Positions 10,885 to 23,700 of a stretch of 34,632 nt of DNA are shown one piece after another. The DNA comes from Octopus bimaculoides. Lineage: Eukaryota. Made by a program: the position numbers and the translations under genes. Location: positions 51,864,221 to 51,898,852 of the forward strand of contig NC_068989.1 of assembly GCF_001194135.2 (NCBI RefSeq), written 5' to 3'. The number at the start of each line of letters is the position of its first letter. The first letter of the stretch is position 1. The notes under the pieces are model-generated. The model made no database searches. It saw nothing but the letters and a program-made list of their open reading frames with translations, and was not told where the DNA came from.

Positions 10885-13561
10885 TAGAGAGAGAGGGGGG
10901 AGAGAGAGAGAGAAATAGAGAGAGGGGGGAGAGAGAGAGGGGGAGAGAGAGAGTGAGAGAGATAGAGAGAGAGAGAATAAAACGTGTCTGATTTAGATAT
11001 TGTTTACAAATGAAAATAATTATACGGCATTGAGTTTCGTTATGTGTATTAATGGAACACGCAAATTCTGTTCCAAGATAGTAAACCAATACAAATTGGG
11101 ATTAAAAGACCATGTGAATACAATTTTCAATATCTAGATTAAAATCTGCGCTTGTTAAGAAAACGTATCATCATCCGTATTTCTAATTGCAAGGGGTTTG
11201 AATGAAGCAAATGTGATTTAGGGAGATAATTGTTGAATTCAATGCATTTCTGTGTTACAACGATTAAAATAGTGTCGCTACCCACAAATAATGTTACTTA
11301 AACAGAAAGAATATAATACATTAAGGATCTGCTATTCGTAAAATTCATCTTGACGCCATGGTTTACTCATTCAGCCCGTAATACACAACAATTAATAAAT
11401 AATACTTCATACTTGGAGAGTCCCTCTATTGATTTGGAAATATATTTTCCTGTTCATTCTCCCATTGTGAGACCATCTAATGTATATACAATATGGTGTT
11501 CCGATATGAGATTTATATTTAAAATCTTTAGACCACCTCATTGTGCTGAAGCTATAAAGAACTTGCAGAGAGAAGACAGTCGCTATTTTGTAAATTCGTG
11601 TACGCTATAACCGACGCAATTTTTGTTACCGACAAAGACACATGACTTCCATTGACATTTTCGAACAAAGCTTTAATTTCTTTAGCTACAAGGTGAAATG
11701 ACTCACCAATACAAAGATTCACTCCAATGTTATATATTTTTGACGCATCTTAGCTCGACAAGCACGTCTCCCTGCAGGTTTGTGCAATCACAATAATTTC
11801 TATGGCCAAACAAACAAACACTGCGTAGGCAAAATATGTGAACACAAAATTAATGTGCAGTTTTACTTATATTAAACTTTCCCAGCATATTGATCGAACA
11901 TATATGTAAATTTATTTTCTTTCTAACAGAAAATCCAAACATTAATTTTCAACCAATAACATTCATTTAATATGATATAATTCAATATCTTATCATGTCT
12001 ACCAAATATATACTCATAAAAGCATTATGCTCAAGGGGGAAATAAATTGCAATATTATACAACAGAGATGAAAACTAGTTTACTCTAAGAAAGAACTTTA
12101 TTGAAACATATTCTGTAGTTTTGAGGCTGGAGTTGCTATTACTGACGTTATTGTATCGTAATAAGACGCAATATCAAATTCTTGTGCACAGTACTATCCG
12201 TAAATAACAGAATTCCTAGTCAAATAATTACCTGTACTATATCATGGCACATTTTGTTGCAAGAAACAATTTACTCTCCAAATAATATTCTCCATATCAA
12301 TGTACTCGTCATTTTATACCGGTAGTTAACATCATTAATCTTTTGAATATAATTTTAATACGATAGTGTTGATGTTTTCGGTCGAACTACTTTACGAATG
12401 AATCCTCGTTTCCTCTCCATAGAATATGCTTTAATTGCCTGTGCAAACAATTTCTCTTTTTTTTTTTTCGTTAAAGCTTGCACGGTTTTGTTAACCAATA
12501 CCTGAAAAGGAATATGAACACATAATAAAACAGCTTCAATTACGCCCGGGAACAATCTGAAAATCATAATACACAAATATCTTCTCGTAGTATTTCACAC
12601 TGCATTTTAGCGTAGTGATAATGTTTTAGAGTTGGAAGAGTTAATTAAATTTTCGAAGGAATACGCGCAGTAAATTGGTAAACACTTCTGGAAGGAACAA
12701 AGCATTTGAGCCTTGAATAGGAATTCGAGAGGAGAAAATAAATGTTAATTAGTATCAATGACAGTTAGAAACAATAACAATAAGATTTTAAACTCTGAAT
12801 TTAAAATAATTTAATTATATTCTATGAGACATTTTGCCACGATATGAAATGATTTTGTAATATAACAAAACAGAGACGTTGGAACGCCCTCTGCGTTTAT
12901 ATAACCAAGCGTTTACAAGTTTTGAAAGTAATACCATGTTATTGTTTTTTTTTATTTCTGCTTAATTTTCTGTGAAATGTTTTTTCACGGAAATGTCTCT
13001 TTTAAAATGAGTCGTAAGGCATGCTAAATACCGTAAGGGCAAGAACAGAAATAGATAGAAGAATCGAATTAGTGATAAAGTAATAAATAATTTTTTTAAC
13101 ATCATCTTTTTAATTTTTGTATTTCGGTGAAATATTTGTGCAAAAGAGTTATTGTAATTGCACTTCCTATTGCAGGCAAATAGATTTGCATAAAATGATA
13201 TCTAATGAACGTACTATAGCGACAGAACATTAAACAAATTAACTTTTAAGACACACAAATTTTATTTGTAAAGAAAATATTTAGAAGAAAAGTACTTCAA
13301 AAATCAGAGACAATTTACACTTCTTCTTGGCATCAGTAAACAAATGAAATATATGAAGTTTCTGAAGAGATTTACATCAATGTTTAATATCTATATGATA
13401 GGGCTACATCGTCCGCGTTTGTACCATTGAACGCATTACAATTTATTGGATGAATCTTTCTTCACTTCTTTTTAAGTATCTATTTATAGATATCTTTTGT
13501 TAATGAAGCCTAACTTTCAAGTATGTGTGTCTGTCTCATTGCGTGCATGTATATATGTATA

Positions 13562-13619
<58 letters not shown>

Positions 13620-14708
13620 CATGTATATATGTGTGTGTGTGCTTGTGTGTGTGTATGTGTGTGTGTGTATATGCATGCATGCAGGTTTATATGTGCATAT
13701 TTATATGTGAATATGTGGGGAGTGCATATCAATAGACTAGATGAGAGAAGTAATTGAGATAATAGATATTTATTCCATTTATTTACAGCTGCTTTATATT
13801 CAATATAGGTATATAATTGATATTACATCAACATTCTAATGTATATGAAATGTTTTGCCGTTCTGCAGATTACTATATTAGTTTACTTCTGAGTTTCCTG
13901 TACATATGCGTGATCACACGCATGTGTTGATGTAATACCAATTATATGACTAACAAATCTATGAAACAGCCGTGAGAGAGTGAAAGAAATACCTCACCTC
14001 TCTTATCTGTTGAATTACATTATATCTAGCATTGTATCTTTTGGATTTTCTGAATGATATGAAGATTTATGTTAACCGCAACCACGATCAGTGTTGCTCG
14101 ACATGAACTTGATTCAGAGCTTAATGTGAAATTTCTTTGTGCTCCCACTCTGCTCACACCAAACTGCGCATTCTTTAATCTCTTTTCCTCCGTCTTCGTT
14201 GGCTCTCTAACGAGGAGCATGACTTTGAGACTCTGTACCGCTAGGTCACCCAACGGAGATACCTTTTCACCATTCTCCAAACCGCCCTCTCCTTTGCACG
14301 ATTTATTGAACGACCATCCGCTCTCTCTCTCTCTGTCGCTTTGAACTCACACCAACTTTACCCTCCTCTCTCTCCCACTTAGCTACTACTTCAGCAACCT
14401 ACTTCTCCAACGCATCATACTTCTGGTTTTCCACCGAATCCAGTCTCACCTGTCCACATGCCTTATTTTCCTCTACCAACAATCCTTTCCTTCAAATACG
14501 CCCATAACCAATGTAACTTTCTAGTCTGTAGCTTTTTCTGGCACCAAACCTGCGTCCTTCCCTTGCTAATACACTTTACTAATACACATTGTTTGTCTTG
14601 CCGTCACCTGTATCTGTTTTCTGCATTTTAGTTTTTACTTTTGTACAATTTTAGAAATGTTTGAAATATCGTACAAATTCAATCTTGTTCTTCAAAATCT
14701 AATGTAAG

Positions 14709-14905
14709 TAAATGGCAGCATAGTAAATGCATTTCTAATTTTGTGATCAAAAGTGTAACCAAAATGATCTGTAGCACCTTGAAACTTACGCTTATGACTT
14801 TACATTTCATTGTCTGAGGCTTCGATAGTGGTACTTGTATTTTAAATAGTTTCAGGCTCCAGTTGAATAGCTTCTGTCATGGTGCAACAAACAATTAGTT
14901 CGATC
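14709..14905. repeat. ~200-bp direct repeat, copy 1 (pairs with 17678-17883)
   Basis: The pair shares the exact block CAGCATAGTAAATGCATTTCTAATTTTGTGATCA plus collinear blocks GCTTATGACT, TACATTTCATTGT and GTTGAATAGCT. Confidence 0.9.
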
Positions 14906-15137
14906 TGAAATTTTGTACAGTTTCAGAAACTTAAAACAAGTCTTGCTGTTAGTTTTCTCATTGTCCACAATGATATAGTATTCAGAGCCAAGATGTTATC
15001 TATATATAAAATATGTCGTTCAGACTAGCATTGAAACAGAAAATTGCTAACGCATTAGCGATTCATTGGTTTCAAGTTGTGGTACCTTATTTGTTGTTCC
15101 CCCAACTGTCGCTGTCTTCTGCTATTTATTTTGTTCA

Positions 15138-15183
<46 letters not shown>

Positions 15184-15710
15184 CGTATTTCTTATATTCT
15201 TGACGATACAATATCTGTTCTATGCGTTCAGAGGCTATACTTGACGATGCAATATATTTGTAGCCCGTAAACTTCTAATGCACATATGCTTGCACGATGC
15301 CCCTAAATATAACTGTGTGTGGAGATAACACAGGTATCTTTCGAGCAGTATCCATCTGCTTTTGGATTTCATGAAGACACACTTTATAAACCAAGTACTA
15401 CTCAGAAGCAAACTACTCAGATTGCATAACCACACACGTTCTTTGTAATTAGCTACATAAATTTATTAATATTGTATTGGGTGTATAAGCAGTTACAGAT
15501 ACGTTGTCCAGTACAATATATTCGGGGATAAAGAAGTGGGATTAAATTATTCTATGCTGGAAATGTGTCCACAGGTAAGATCCCGTTTTTACTGTCCTTG
15601 CATGCAGTGTTAATAACACAAACTTTGTCTACCGTTTTAAAAAATGGCTAAGCCTTTTTGCATATATAAACCTTAACTTTGAAGTTTGTCCGTTTCATGT
15701 GTCACTAACG

Positions 15711-15905
15711 TAGGTCGGTTATTTGGTAGAGTCGTTACTGTGCCAGGCAAAATTATTAGCAGCACTTGCTCTGACATTCCGTTCTGAGTCCAACTGTTAC
15801 CCTCGGGGTGGATAAAATAAGTACCAATTGATCACTGGAATTGATATAATTGACTCACTCCTCCCCCGGAACTGCTGATTTTGCGCTAAATACTGACACC
15901 AATAT
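15711..15905 (+). mobile_element. tRNA-derived SINE family 2, degraded near-full copy
   Basis: Degenerate A-box region, B-box-like GTTCTGAGTCCAACT, and central CTCGGGGTGGATAAAATAAGTACCAATTGATCACTGG domain; collinear with 20753-20955. Confidence 0.65.
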
Positions 15906-16395
15906 ATCGCTAACCTGTTAGTAACGTTCTATTCCAATTCTTCACTGAACGACATATTTTATCTATTGAAAGCACCTTGGTTCTGAATACGATATCATTG
16001 TGGACAATAATAAATCAATCAGCAGGGTTTATTTAAAATTGGATGTGGATTTATTTCTGAAACTGTACAAGCAATAGTTTCTTTTTACTGAGAGGCTGCT
16101 TATAATTAATTGTTATTTGTTGTTTCAATTATTTCGACTTCACCTAAGTATCTATAGTGATCAGCTTATTGATTTTGAGTAAGGAGATGGTAGTGGTATT
16201 TGTATGTTGACTATTATAAGGAGAAATTTTAGCTTAAAGTATTTAGATTAATATGATATACTATCACATGTAATACACAACGTGCATTATATTATCAACA
16301 GATTGGTAAAATGAGAAGTCGTAGATAGATTTTTAAATAAAAATAATATTTCAATAACAGATTGATATATTTTAACGGGACGTTAGTCTTATATA

Positions 16396-16565
16396 CAGGC
16401 GCAAGCGTAGTTGTATGGTAAAAAGTTTCCTTCCAAACCACATGGTTCTGGGTTCAAACCCAATGCGTGACACATTGAACAAGTGTCTTCTATAATTGTT
16501 TGGAGCCGACCAAAGTCTTCTGAGTAGATTTGGCAGAGGGAACTGAAAGAAACCCATCATATATT
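16396..16565 (+). mobile_element. tRNA-derived SINE family 1, 5' half (continues into an assembly gap)
   Basis: AGGCGCAAGCGTAGTTGTATGGTAA, B-box GGGTTCAAACCC, AAGTGTCTTCTA, GCCGACCAAAG and GAACTGAAAGAAACCC are collinear with the reverse complement of 7090-7277. Confidence 0.85.
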
Positions 16566-16574
16566 CATGCATAT

Positions 16575-16609
<35 letters not shown>

Positions 16610-16976
16610 NNNNNNNNNNNNNNNNNNNNNNNNNNNNNNNNNNNNNNNNNNNNNNNNNNNNNNNNNNNNNNNNNNNNNNNNNNNNNNNNNNNNNNNNNNN
16701 NNNNNNNNNNNNNNNNNNNNNNNNNNNNNNNNNNNNNNNNNNNNNNNNNNNNNNNNNNNNNNNNNNNNNNNNNNNNNNNNNNNNNNNNNNNNNNNNNNNN
16801 NNNNNNNNNNNNNNNNNNNNNNNNNNNNNNNNNNNNNNNNNNNNNNNNNNNNNNNNNNNNNNNNNNNNNNNNNNNNNNNNNNNNNNNNNNNNNNNNNNNN
16901 NNNNNNNNNNNNNNNNNNNNNNNNNNNNNNNNNNNNNNNNNNNNNNNNNNNNNNNNNNNNNNNNNNNNNNNNNNNN
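16610..16976. other. Assembly gap (N run). Other gaps: 6796-6805, 8254-8263, 18503-18679, 28020-28544, 33295-33419
   Basis: N runs, each abutting a (TA)n or (CA)n microsatellite. Confidence 0.99.
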
Positions 16977-17015
<39 letters not shown>

Positions 17016-17677
17016 GTATGTATCTGCTTATGTGTGTGTGAGTGTATGTGTGTTCTTATGCGCTGTCTAGATACGCTGTAGTGTATTAACCTTCGTTTAG
17101 TATCTAGCTAAGAATTAAAGTTTTTTTCTACTTCTACCTTTCAGTTAAAATGATTGAAATTATACAACTTTATACAACCCAGAACCTGTCCAATGTCACT
17201 TGTTGAATTTGGTATACATGGTATTCTTCAGCTATAAGCACAAATATTCTACTGCATTGAGTTAATAATTAAGAATCCCCGCTTTTCCGTGTTCTTGAGG
17301 TGATACAAGTGTGTTGCTTTATCTGAATATGACATGTTCTATTCGATATTAAGAAACGAAAATTTAACGTAAGGCCAGTTTTATGAGGCATGAGAAGACA
17401 ACACATACATGATATCTGTTCTATTCGATACTGAGCAGAATATTTTCAGCTACATTACTTCTGAGAAGAAAGGGGTTAGCAGTTGTCTTTCAAGCCTTAT
17501 TGACTCTCGCCAGGAGGAATTACGTGATATACAGCCATGGAAGCACCATGGAAGCGCCAGCTATCTATCAAGAGAAACAGTATAATTGTCCCTTCGAGCA
17601 ATCATATGATTTGTATTGTATATCGTGCACCTATTGCTATTTTAAAATCAGTCTTGTTAACTAACATTTAATTAGGC

Positions 17678-17883
17678 TAAATGACAGCATAGTAAATGCA
17701 TTTCTAATTTTGTGATCAGGAGGCAAGAGTGTGACCAAAATGATAAGTAGTACCTAAAAAGTTATGCTTATGACTCTACACTACATTTCATTGTTTGAGT
17801 CTTCGATTGTGGTACATTTATCTTAAGTTTCAGACCCCTGTTGAATAGCTCCTGCCATGATACAACAAAAAATGAGTACGATC
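17678..17883. repeat. ~200-bp direct repeat, copy 2
   Basis: See copy 1; small indels separate the two copies. Confidence 0.9.
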
Positions 17884-18465
17884 AGACTAGAGCTTACTGA
17901 AAGAGTTATTACTGAAATGCTGGGTACACATAGTGCATGGTGTCTGTAATGTAATATCTATTCTACAATGCATTGTTTTAGTCAACATGGCATGATTACA
18001 GCATCTGCTCAGATACATATACTAAGACAAACACACAGACATACATTTATGTAACGAACACGTAGACACACACGCACACCCTCATAGACACATACACACT
18101 CATATACAAAATATGTAGTGCTGATGGTGGTAGAAAATGTCCTTTACTATGTCGTACGTAGCTAACATGCAAACAAACACACACACACACACACACATTC
18201 ACACTCATATACAAAATGTGACGTCCTCATCGTGGTATAAAATGTCCTTTGCTATAGTACATTACAGAAAGATTATTTTTAGATAAAATGTTATGTTATT
18301 TTAATCTCAATGAAAATAAAAATTAAATGTTGACACACGCGTAGTATATTACTACTAACTTGTAAAATTTGATTTGATTTGGTGGAACCGTTTGACAATG
18401 CATAGGAAGCAGACCGATAGAAAGACAGAAAATAAAGAATGTATGTATGTATGTATGTATGTATG

Positions 18466-18502
<37 letters not shown>

Positions 18503-20149
18503 NNNNNNNNNNNNNNNNNNNNNNNNNNNNNNNNNNNNNNNNNNNNNNNNNNNNNNNNNNNNNNNNNNNNNNNNNNNNNNNNNNNNNNNNNNNNNNNNNN
18601 NNNNNNNNNNNNNNNNNNNNNNNNNNNNNNNNNNNNNNNNNNNNNNNNNNNNNNNNNNNNNNNNNNNNNNNNNNNNNNNTATATATATATATATATGTAT
18701 ACACACATATAATCAAGTTAATGTCCTTGTTGCAGTCAGCTGTTGAAAATGCACATAGCAAATTACCGTTACTTACTATCGATATCACCTGAATTACGTA
18801 AAATTTTACCCGAAAAATCATGAACATTTATTCATGAATTATATATGTATGCATGTATGTGTGTGTTTATGTTATGTATTTGATCTTTGTAATCAAGGGC
18901 AACGAATTATTCCTCTGGTGATCCATTGCAGTTAGAACATCTAATGCTGAGTTTCAAACGACTCAATGTTGAAGCATACCTAAGAACGTCTGCAACCCAC
19001 GATTCTCCTTTGTATTTATAAATACAAACATCGATGTAATTATTTCACGATAACGTTATTTTCTCCTCCGTTGAGCACAACAATATTCTGACACTTTAAC
19101 GTATGTCAACATATAACGAATATTGAGAGGCCATTTCCATAAAAAATAATTATGCACATGTTAACCTATTTCGATGATGCTTCACCTAATAGAAATAGAC
19201 GAACAGTTACAGGATAATCACGTCCTACCCTCTGTAAATTCTGCTCAGTTCTCTTGACTAGCTATGTTGTGAAGACGATAGATATCGACGGGATAATGAC
19301 GGCTGCTTTTCTTTGATTATAGGCTTCTCGTGTAGTGCAGATATGTAATCTTCAATAAATCGGAGGAAAATATTTTTCCAAGTTAACAAAACTATGCTCG
19401 ATTACTGCTCTCATTCTATATATATGCGTTTGTCCAACATGTATTCGAGTCCATTTTGAAATCAATATGTTAGATGCTAGATTGATGAGCACCTTTATAC
19501 TTGGTACGTTCATTTCCTGAATCGATTACACGGCTTGTAGACAAATTTTTCTATAAATGATAGAGTGATTCAATTACGGAATGTTACAAGATAAAAGTTA
19601 TTCACCAATCTCTCATTTAAACTATCGATTTAGACATGAGATCATTGTCAGACACAACTCTTTGGCTTAACGCAGACACAGAGACATATATGCATGCAAA
19701 GTCACACATACTAATGTACTTAGTGACTGGCAAGCATCTTGCTAGTGCAAGTACTGACAATGGAAAACTTCACAATAAACGATGCAAGTAGGGTTCAATG
19801 GTTATCAGAAGAGGCTGTGCACCGTTTCAGTGCTTTCCTCTCAATGGTTTTGCAACACACGCACCTCACTTGTTGATGTGGTGCCCTAGCTGCTGCATCG
19901 ACAGACAGGTATTCGATATAAAGGCCATCTTCTTGGGATCCTCAATACTATTCAAATTCTGAAGTCATGCAGGTCCGTTGTAATTTAAGCAAATAGATAA
20001 TGGTTCAAAGCTATACATAATTTCGCTAATAAAGTTTCATCGACACTTTTAAGCAATATCGACTGCCTGACTCTCTAAAATATTGACAGATCTTTTTTCT
20101 CTAAGATGGTGTTTGCTTGACGGTAATTCTCTCTCATTGGCAGCAACTC

Positions 20150-20440
20150 CAACCTCAATCTACTTAAAATATAAACTCCACACCCAACTTCTACAGAGAT
20201 GTACACTGCACTCAAACCATTATCTTTAATGTCTTCAACAATCAACTCGTATCATCTTTCCTAACATGAGTTGCATCAATCTTGTTCATTATGTTGAAAA
20301 TAGAACTCAACAAAATGTACTATCTTATATTCCTCACACCAGATAACCATAACAGGCTTCTTCATTGTTAGTATTGGAAGGAGGCGTTCACAACCTAAGA
20401 TATATGCTGCCACTCTTGTCCTTTATCCTAGTTCTTATTG
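20150..20440 (-). mobile_element. HERO-like RLE non-LTR retrotransposon relic (endonuclease C-terminus)
   Basis: With two frameshifts the minus strand reads KKPVMVIWCEEYKIVHFVE / KIDATHVRKDD / YELIVEDIKDNGLSAVYISVEVGCG. This matches the HERO-type pattern RPDIVIWS..K.V.LIEL...AH.RK..KY..LV.DC...GW.....PVEVGCRG. The relic probably extends further on both sides. Confidence 0.65.
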
Positions 20441-20752
20441 CTCATAGCTTTCTCTTATAACATAGGTAACGCGTTAAACAATGCTTGGTGAAGCATTTCA
20501 CAATTTTGTAGCATCACTTGTTACTGTCAACATTCTACGTTATACATTCTTTCTGTGTTATAGTAGGAGATATTTTGTTACTGACTTAAGTATATTGGTA
20601 TTCAAACCACGAGACTGCAACTGAACACTTAATACATCGGTTAGCTGTCCGATAACGCATTGATAGGCGTAAGTCTCTTCTCTTCTTTGGTCTCAGAGAT
20701 ATTTATAACGAAAGGATATGTGAAATATGTAATCTTAGTTGCTATTATATTC

Positions 20753-20955
20753 AAGACGGTGAGCGAACAGAATAATTACCTTGCTGCACAAATTGCTGAC
20801 CTGTATTTCTTGCGGTTACATGTTCTGAAATTTCATTACACAGGTCGAATTGGTATGCTTTCGGGGTCGAGAAAATAAGTACCCGTTGGGAATTAGGGTC
20901 GATGTCATTGACTGTCTATCTCCCGTAGAATTTGCAGCTTTGTTGTAGAAAAAAT
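20753..20955 (+). mobile_element. tRNA-derived SINE family 2, degraded near-full copy
   Basis: Head AAGACGGTGAGCGAACAGAAT and central CTTTCGGGGTCGAGAAAATAAGTACCCGTTG...GGGTCGATGTCATTGACT. Confidence 0.7.
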
Positions 20956-21479
20956 TATACGACTATACGATGTCTGATAACTATGACTACTACACATACT
21001 TCTATCTATCTCTGATTTCATACTTACAGCAAGGTTCCAATGTATGAATATCATTCGAAACCCGGCATTACTATATTGTGAATCACATCTCATAATTGCA
21101 GTGAAGTCCTCATCTTTAATCCTATGTAATTGAATTAAGCTAATTACTTTCGGATCAATCATCTACTCTAACTAGATTACTTTCAGATACCCCTTCGTTT
21201 CATTGAAGTAGTTCGCCAAGAATAGTAATCCAATATTCACAAATAGTCTATTAGACACGCTTCCACATTCGCACAATTGCTAATTTATAATTCCTGCCCG
21301 AAAAGAAGACAAGCACAATTAAAAGCACTCACATGGTAAACTAAAGTACTATAGAAATCTATGTACACTTAGTATAGTCCTGTGCATTTTTTAAGTACTT
21401 CAATATGGTCATGCTGAATGGCCAACGCAAAGTGTAGTGTAGCTGAATGTATCAACAGCGGTACACACGTATACATGCA

Positions 21480-21760
<281 letters not shown>

Positions 21761-22514
21761 ATGAATATGCAAATTCCGTGTAACAAATTTAGTCACATGA
21801 CATAGATAATCCCGGGTGTCGAGAAGATAATTGCCCGGGGTGCTCCACACTATTACTGAATCTGAAATCAAATAGCTTGCAAACAAATTCCCTTAACAAT
21901 GCTGTGCGCTCATTTTAGTGTATTATCTCTGAGTACTACGTATGTACAGAAGTATGGATAAATGATGTAATTAAAACAATTTTTTCCTGGTCATACTTAT
22001 GCAAACTTAAATTGCTCAAAGCTACTCTTCCACTGATTCAATTCTATTTTTGAATGGTACAATAAAGTTATTCCATGCAAGATAAATATAATTTTAAAAG
22101 TGTTATCGCGTACAACCTACGACATGGCTATATTAGATAGGTCACAGGGAGGACATGATTTATGATTAAGCACGGTTTTAGATACCACCGTAGCGGTGAA
22201 TTCGCCAGATAGTTTCATTTCATAATGCTGAAATTGATAATAAAGGACAGTTTTGCTTTGTGATGATGGAATAATTAGTTTAAGCCAATTTATATTTAAT
22301 AATAACCACTGCAGTTACAAATCCCCAAATTATAATTAGTGAACTGCCTATTATTGCCAAACGTACTACAGCGGAATATATAATACTAAACACCCTTGTC
22401 AACGCCTCTAACATATAACAAGTGAATTACATGTAGCTATCAGTAAAACAAGTGAAACTGACTCGTTCGTTTGCCAAGCGAGAACTATCAGTACCATGCG
22501 CTCCAGTACCATTA

Positions 22515-22564
22515 ATATATATATATATATACATGCACACGCACGCATACACACACGCACACGC

Positions 22565-22640
<76 letters not shown>

Positions 22641-22645
22641 TTATA

Positions 22646-22682
<37 letters not shown>

Positions 22683-22685
22683 TGA
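22515..22685 (+). repeat. Compound (TA)/(CA)/(CACG) microsatellite
   Basis: Seen directly. Confidence 0.95.
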
Positions 22686-22695
22686 TGTACAAGTT

Positions 22696-23700
22696 CACAT
22701 CTTTTATAAACCCACAGATTCAAAACAATACCTATTATTAAACCCGTGCCCCTCACATATACCAAAATTAATATACCTTATAATCAAGCGAACTGACGTG
22801 AATTTAAATCAACGCTAACCAAGAGATATTTCACAACAAAGATAGTAACAGATGATGGGATTAAACGTACAGAGGAAATAGACATAAAATCATTAAGGGA
22901 AGCTAACCGAAATGCCATACCAAATTAAAAAAAGTACTCCCATACATCTCCACACATAACCCAAGGAACAATGGGACATTAAACATCATCATCCAAAATC
23001 TACCCATTCTCACTGGAGATAAAGTAATGAACCAAATTTTGGGCCCACACAAAATTATCAAAAGCAAAATGCAACCGAAATCATTGAAAAACTTATTAAC
23101 AGAGACGAAAGTGGGAAAATGGAGACGGCTTAACTGTGGCACATGTCCTAACCTCTTGGAAGGTGAAAAATTTAAGGTACATTCATATTTCACTTGCGGC
23201 TCTGTAAACTTAATCTATGTTATCACCTACTTAGGTTTCGGCCAACACTCAGACGAAGAACAACACTTCACAAGGAACAAATCTGCTTCCCACAGTATAG
23301 ACAGATACACGCCAGTGAGCACATAAATACATGTGCTAGGGACCTTAAACCGAACTTCCTAATTCTCCATTTTTCCCAGAACAAATCAGTGCAGCAAAGA
23401 TTAAAGGGGGAGGCAACTTTCATTTATTGATATCAATCACAACTTAACATAAACACACAACCTAATACAAAGCACTACTAACTTTACTGATACCAATAAT
23501 TCTACTAATCCTCATACATCCTATATACCATTCATATTCTATTAATCATATCTATATTAATTGCAAAAAATTCAAAACTGGTTACTCCCCTTGTATGCAA
23601 TCTTTTCACTCAGGCACTATTAGACCGAATACCGTTTGGAAATCAGTGTTGATTCAAAGTCAGTGAACAGCGATGACGAAACCGGTATGACTTTTTATAT
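22696..23700 (+). mobile_element. Penelope-like element (Neptune-type, Cys-linker before GIY-YIG), decayed RT thumb + GIY-YIG + 3' UTR
   Basis: Translated landmarks: [14 protein letters not shown] (PLE RT C-terminus), VLPYISTHNPRN, IIKSKMQPKSLKNLL, NCGTCPNLLEG, FTCGSVNLIYVIT (GIY motif), TLRRRTTLHKEQI, ASEHIN, EATFIY, QLN. Frameshifts and a deletion remove the YIG motif. Confidence 0.85.
23659..23691 (+). ncRNA. Degenerate minimal type-I hammerhead-like motif in the PLE 3' region
   Basis: GTCA-GTGAACA-GCGATGAC-GAAA-CCGG-TA-TGAC: stem I GTCA/TGAC, GAAA, palindromic CCGG stem III and a GUA cleavage triplet. The CUGANGA core carries two substitutions. Confidence 0.45.

Noticed and set aside
11340-11760. 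Minus-strand peptide GESFHLVAKEIKALFENVNGSHVSLSVTKIA...GKYISKSIEGLSKYEV, faintly like hAT (Buster/SPIN-type) transposases
   Set aside because: The similarity is only a few scattered residues, with no TIRs or catalytic motif; it needs a profile search.
13184-13191. Octamer motif ATTTGCAT (also ATGCAAAT near 10687 and 21767)
   Set aside because: Expected by chance in AT-rich DNA, with no associated snRNA or promoter.
14060-14620. Purine-rich minus-strand segment with ORFs 14026..14280 and 14069..14344, possibly LINE ORF1 or 5' region
   Set aside because: No recognisable domain, and there are stops in all frames over the full segment.
16530-17081. ORFs spanning N runs (also at 18.3-18.8, 27.9-28.6 and 33.2-33.5 kb)
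   Set aside because: They are artefacts of assembly gaps and (TA)n.
21340-21442. Ankyrin-like peptide TLHFALAIQHDHIEVLK on the minus strand
   Set aside because: It is followed by a stop before the nearby donor and is too short to be meaningful.
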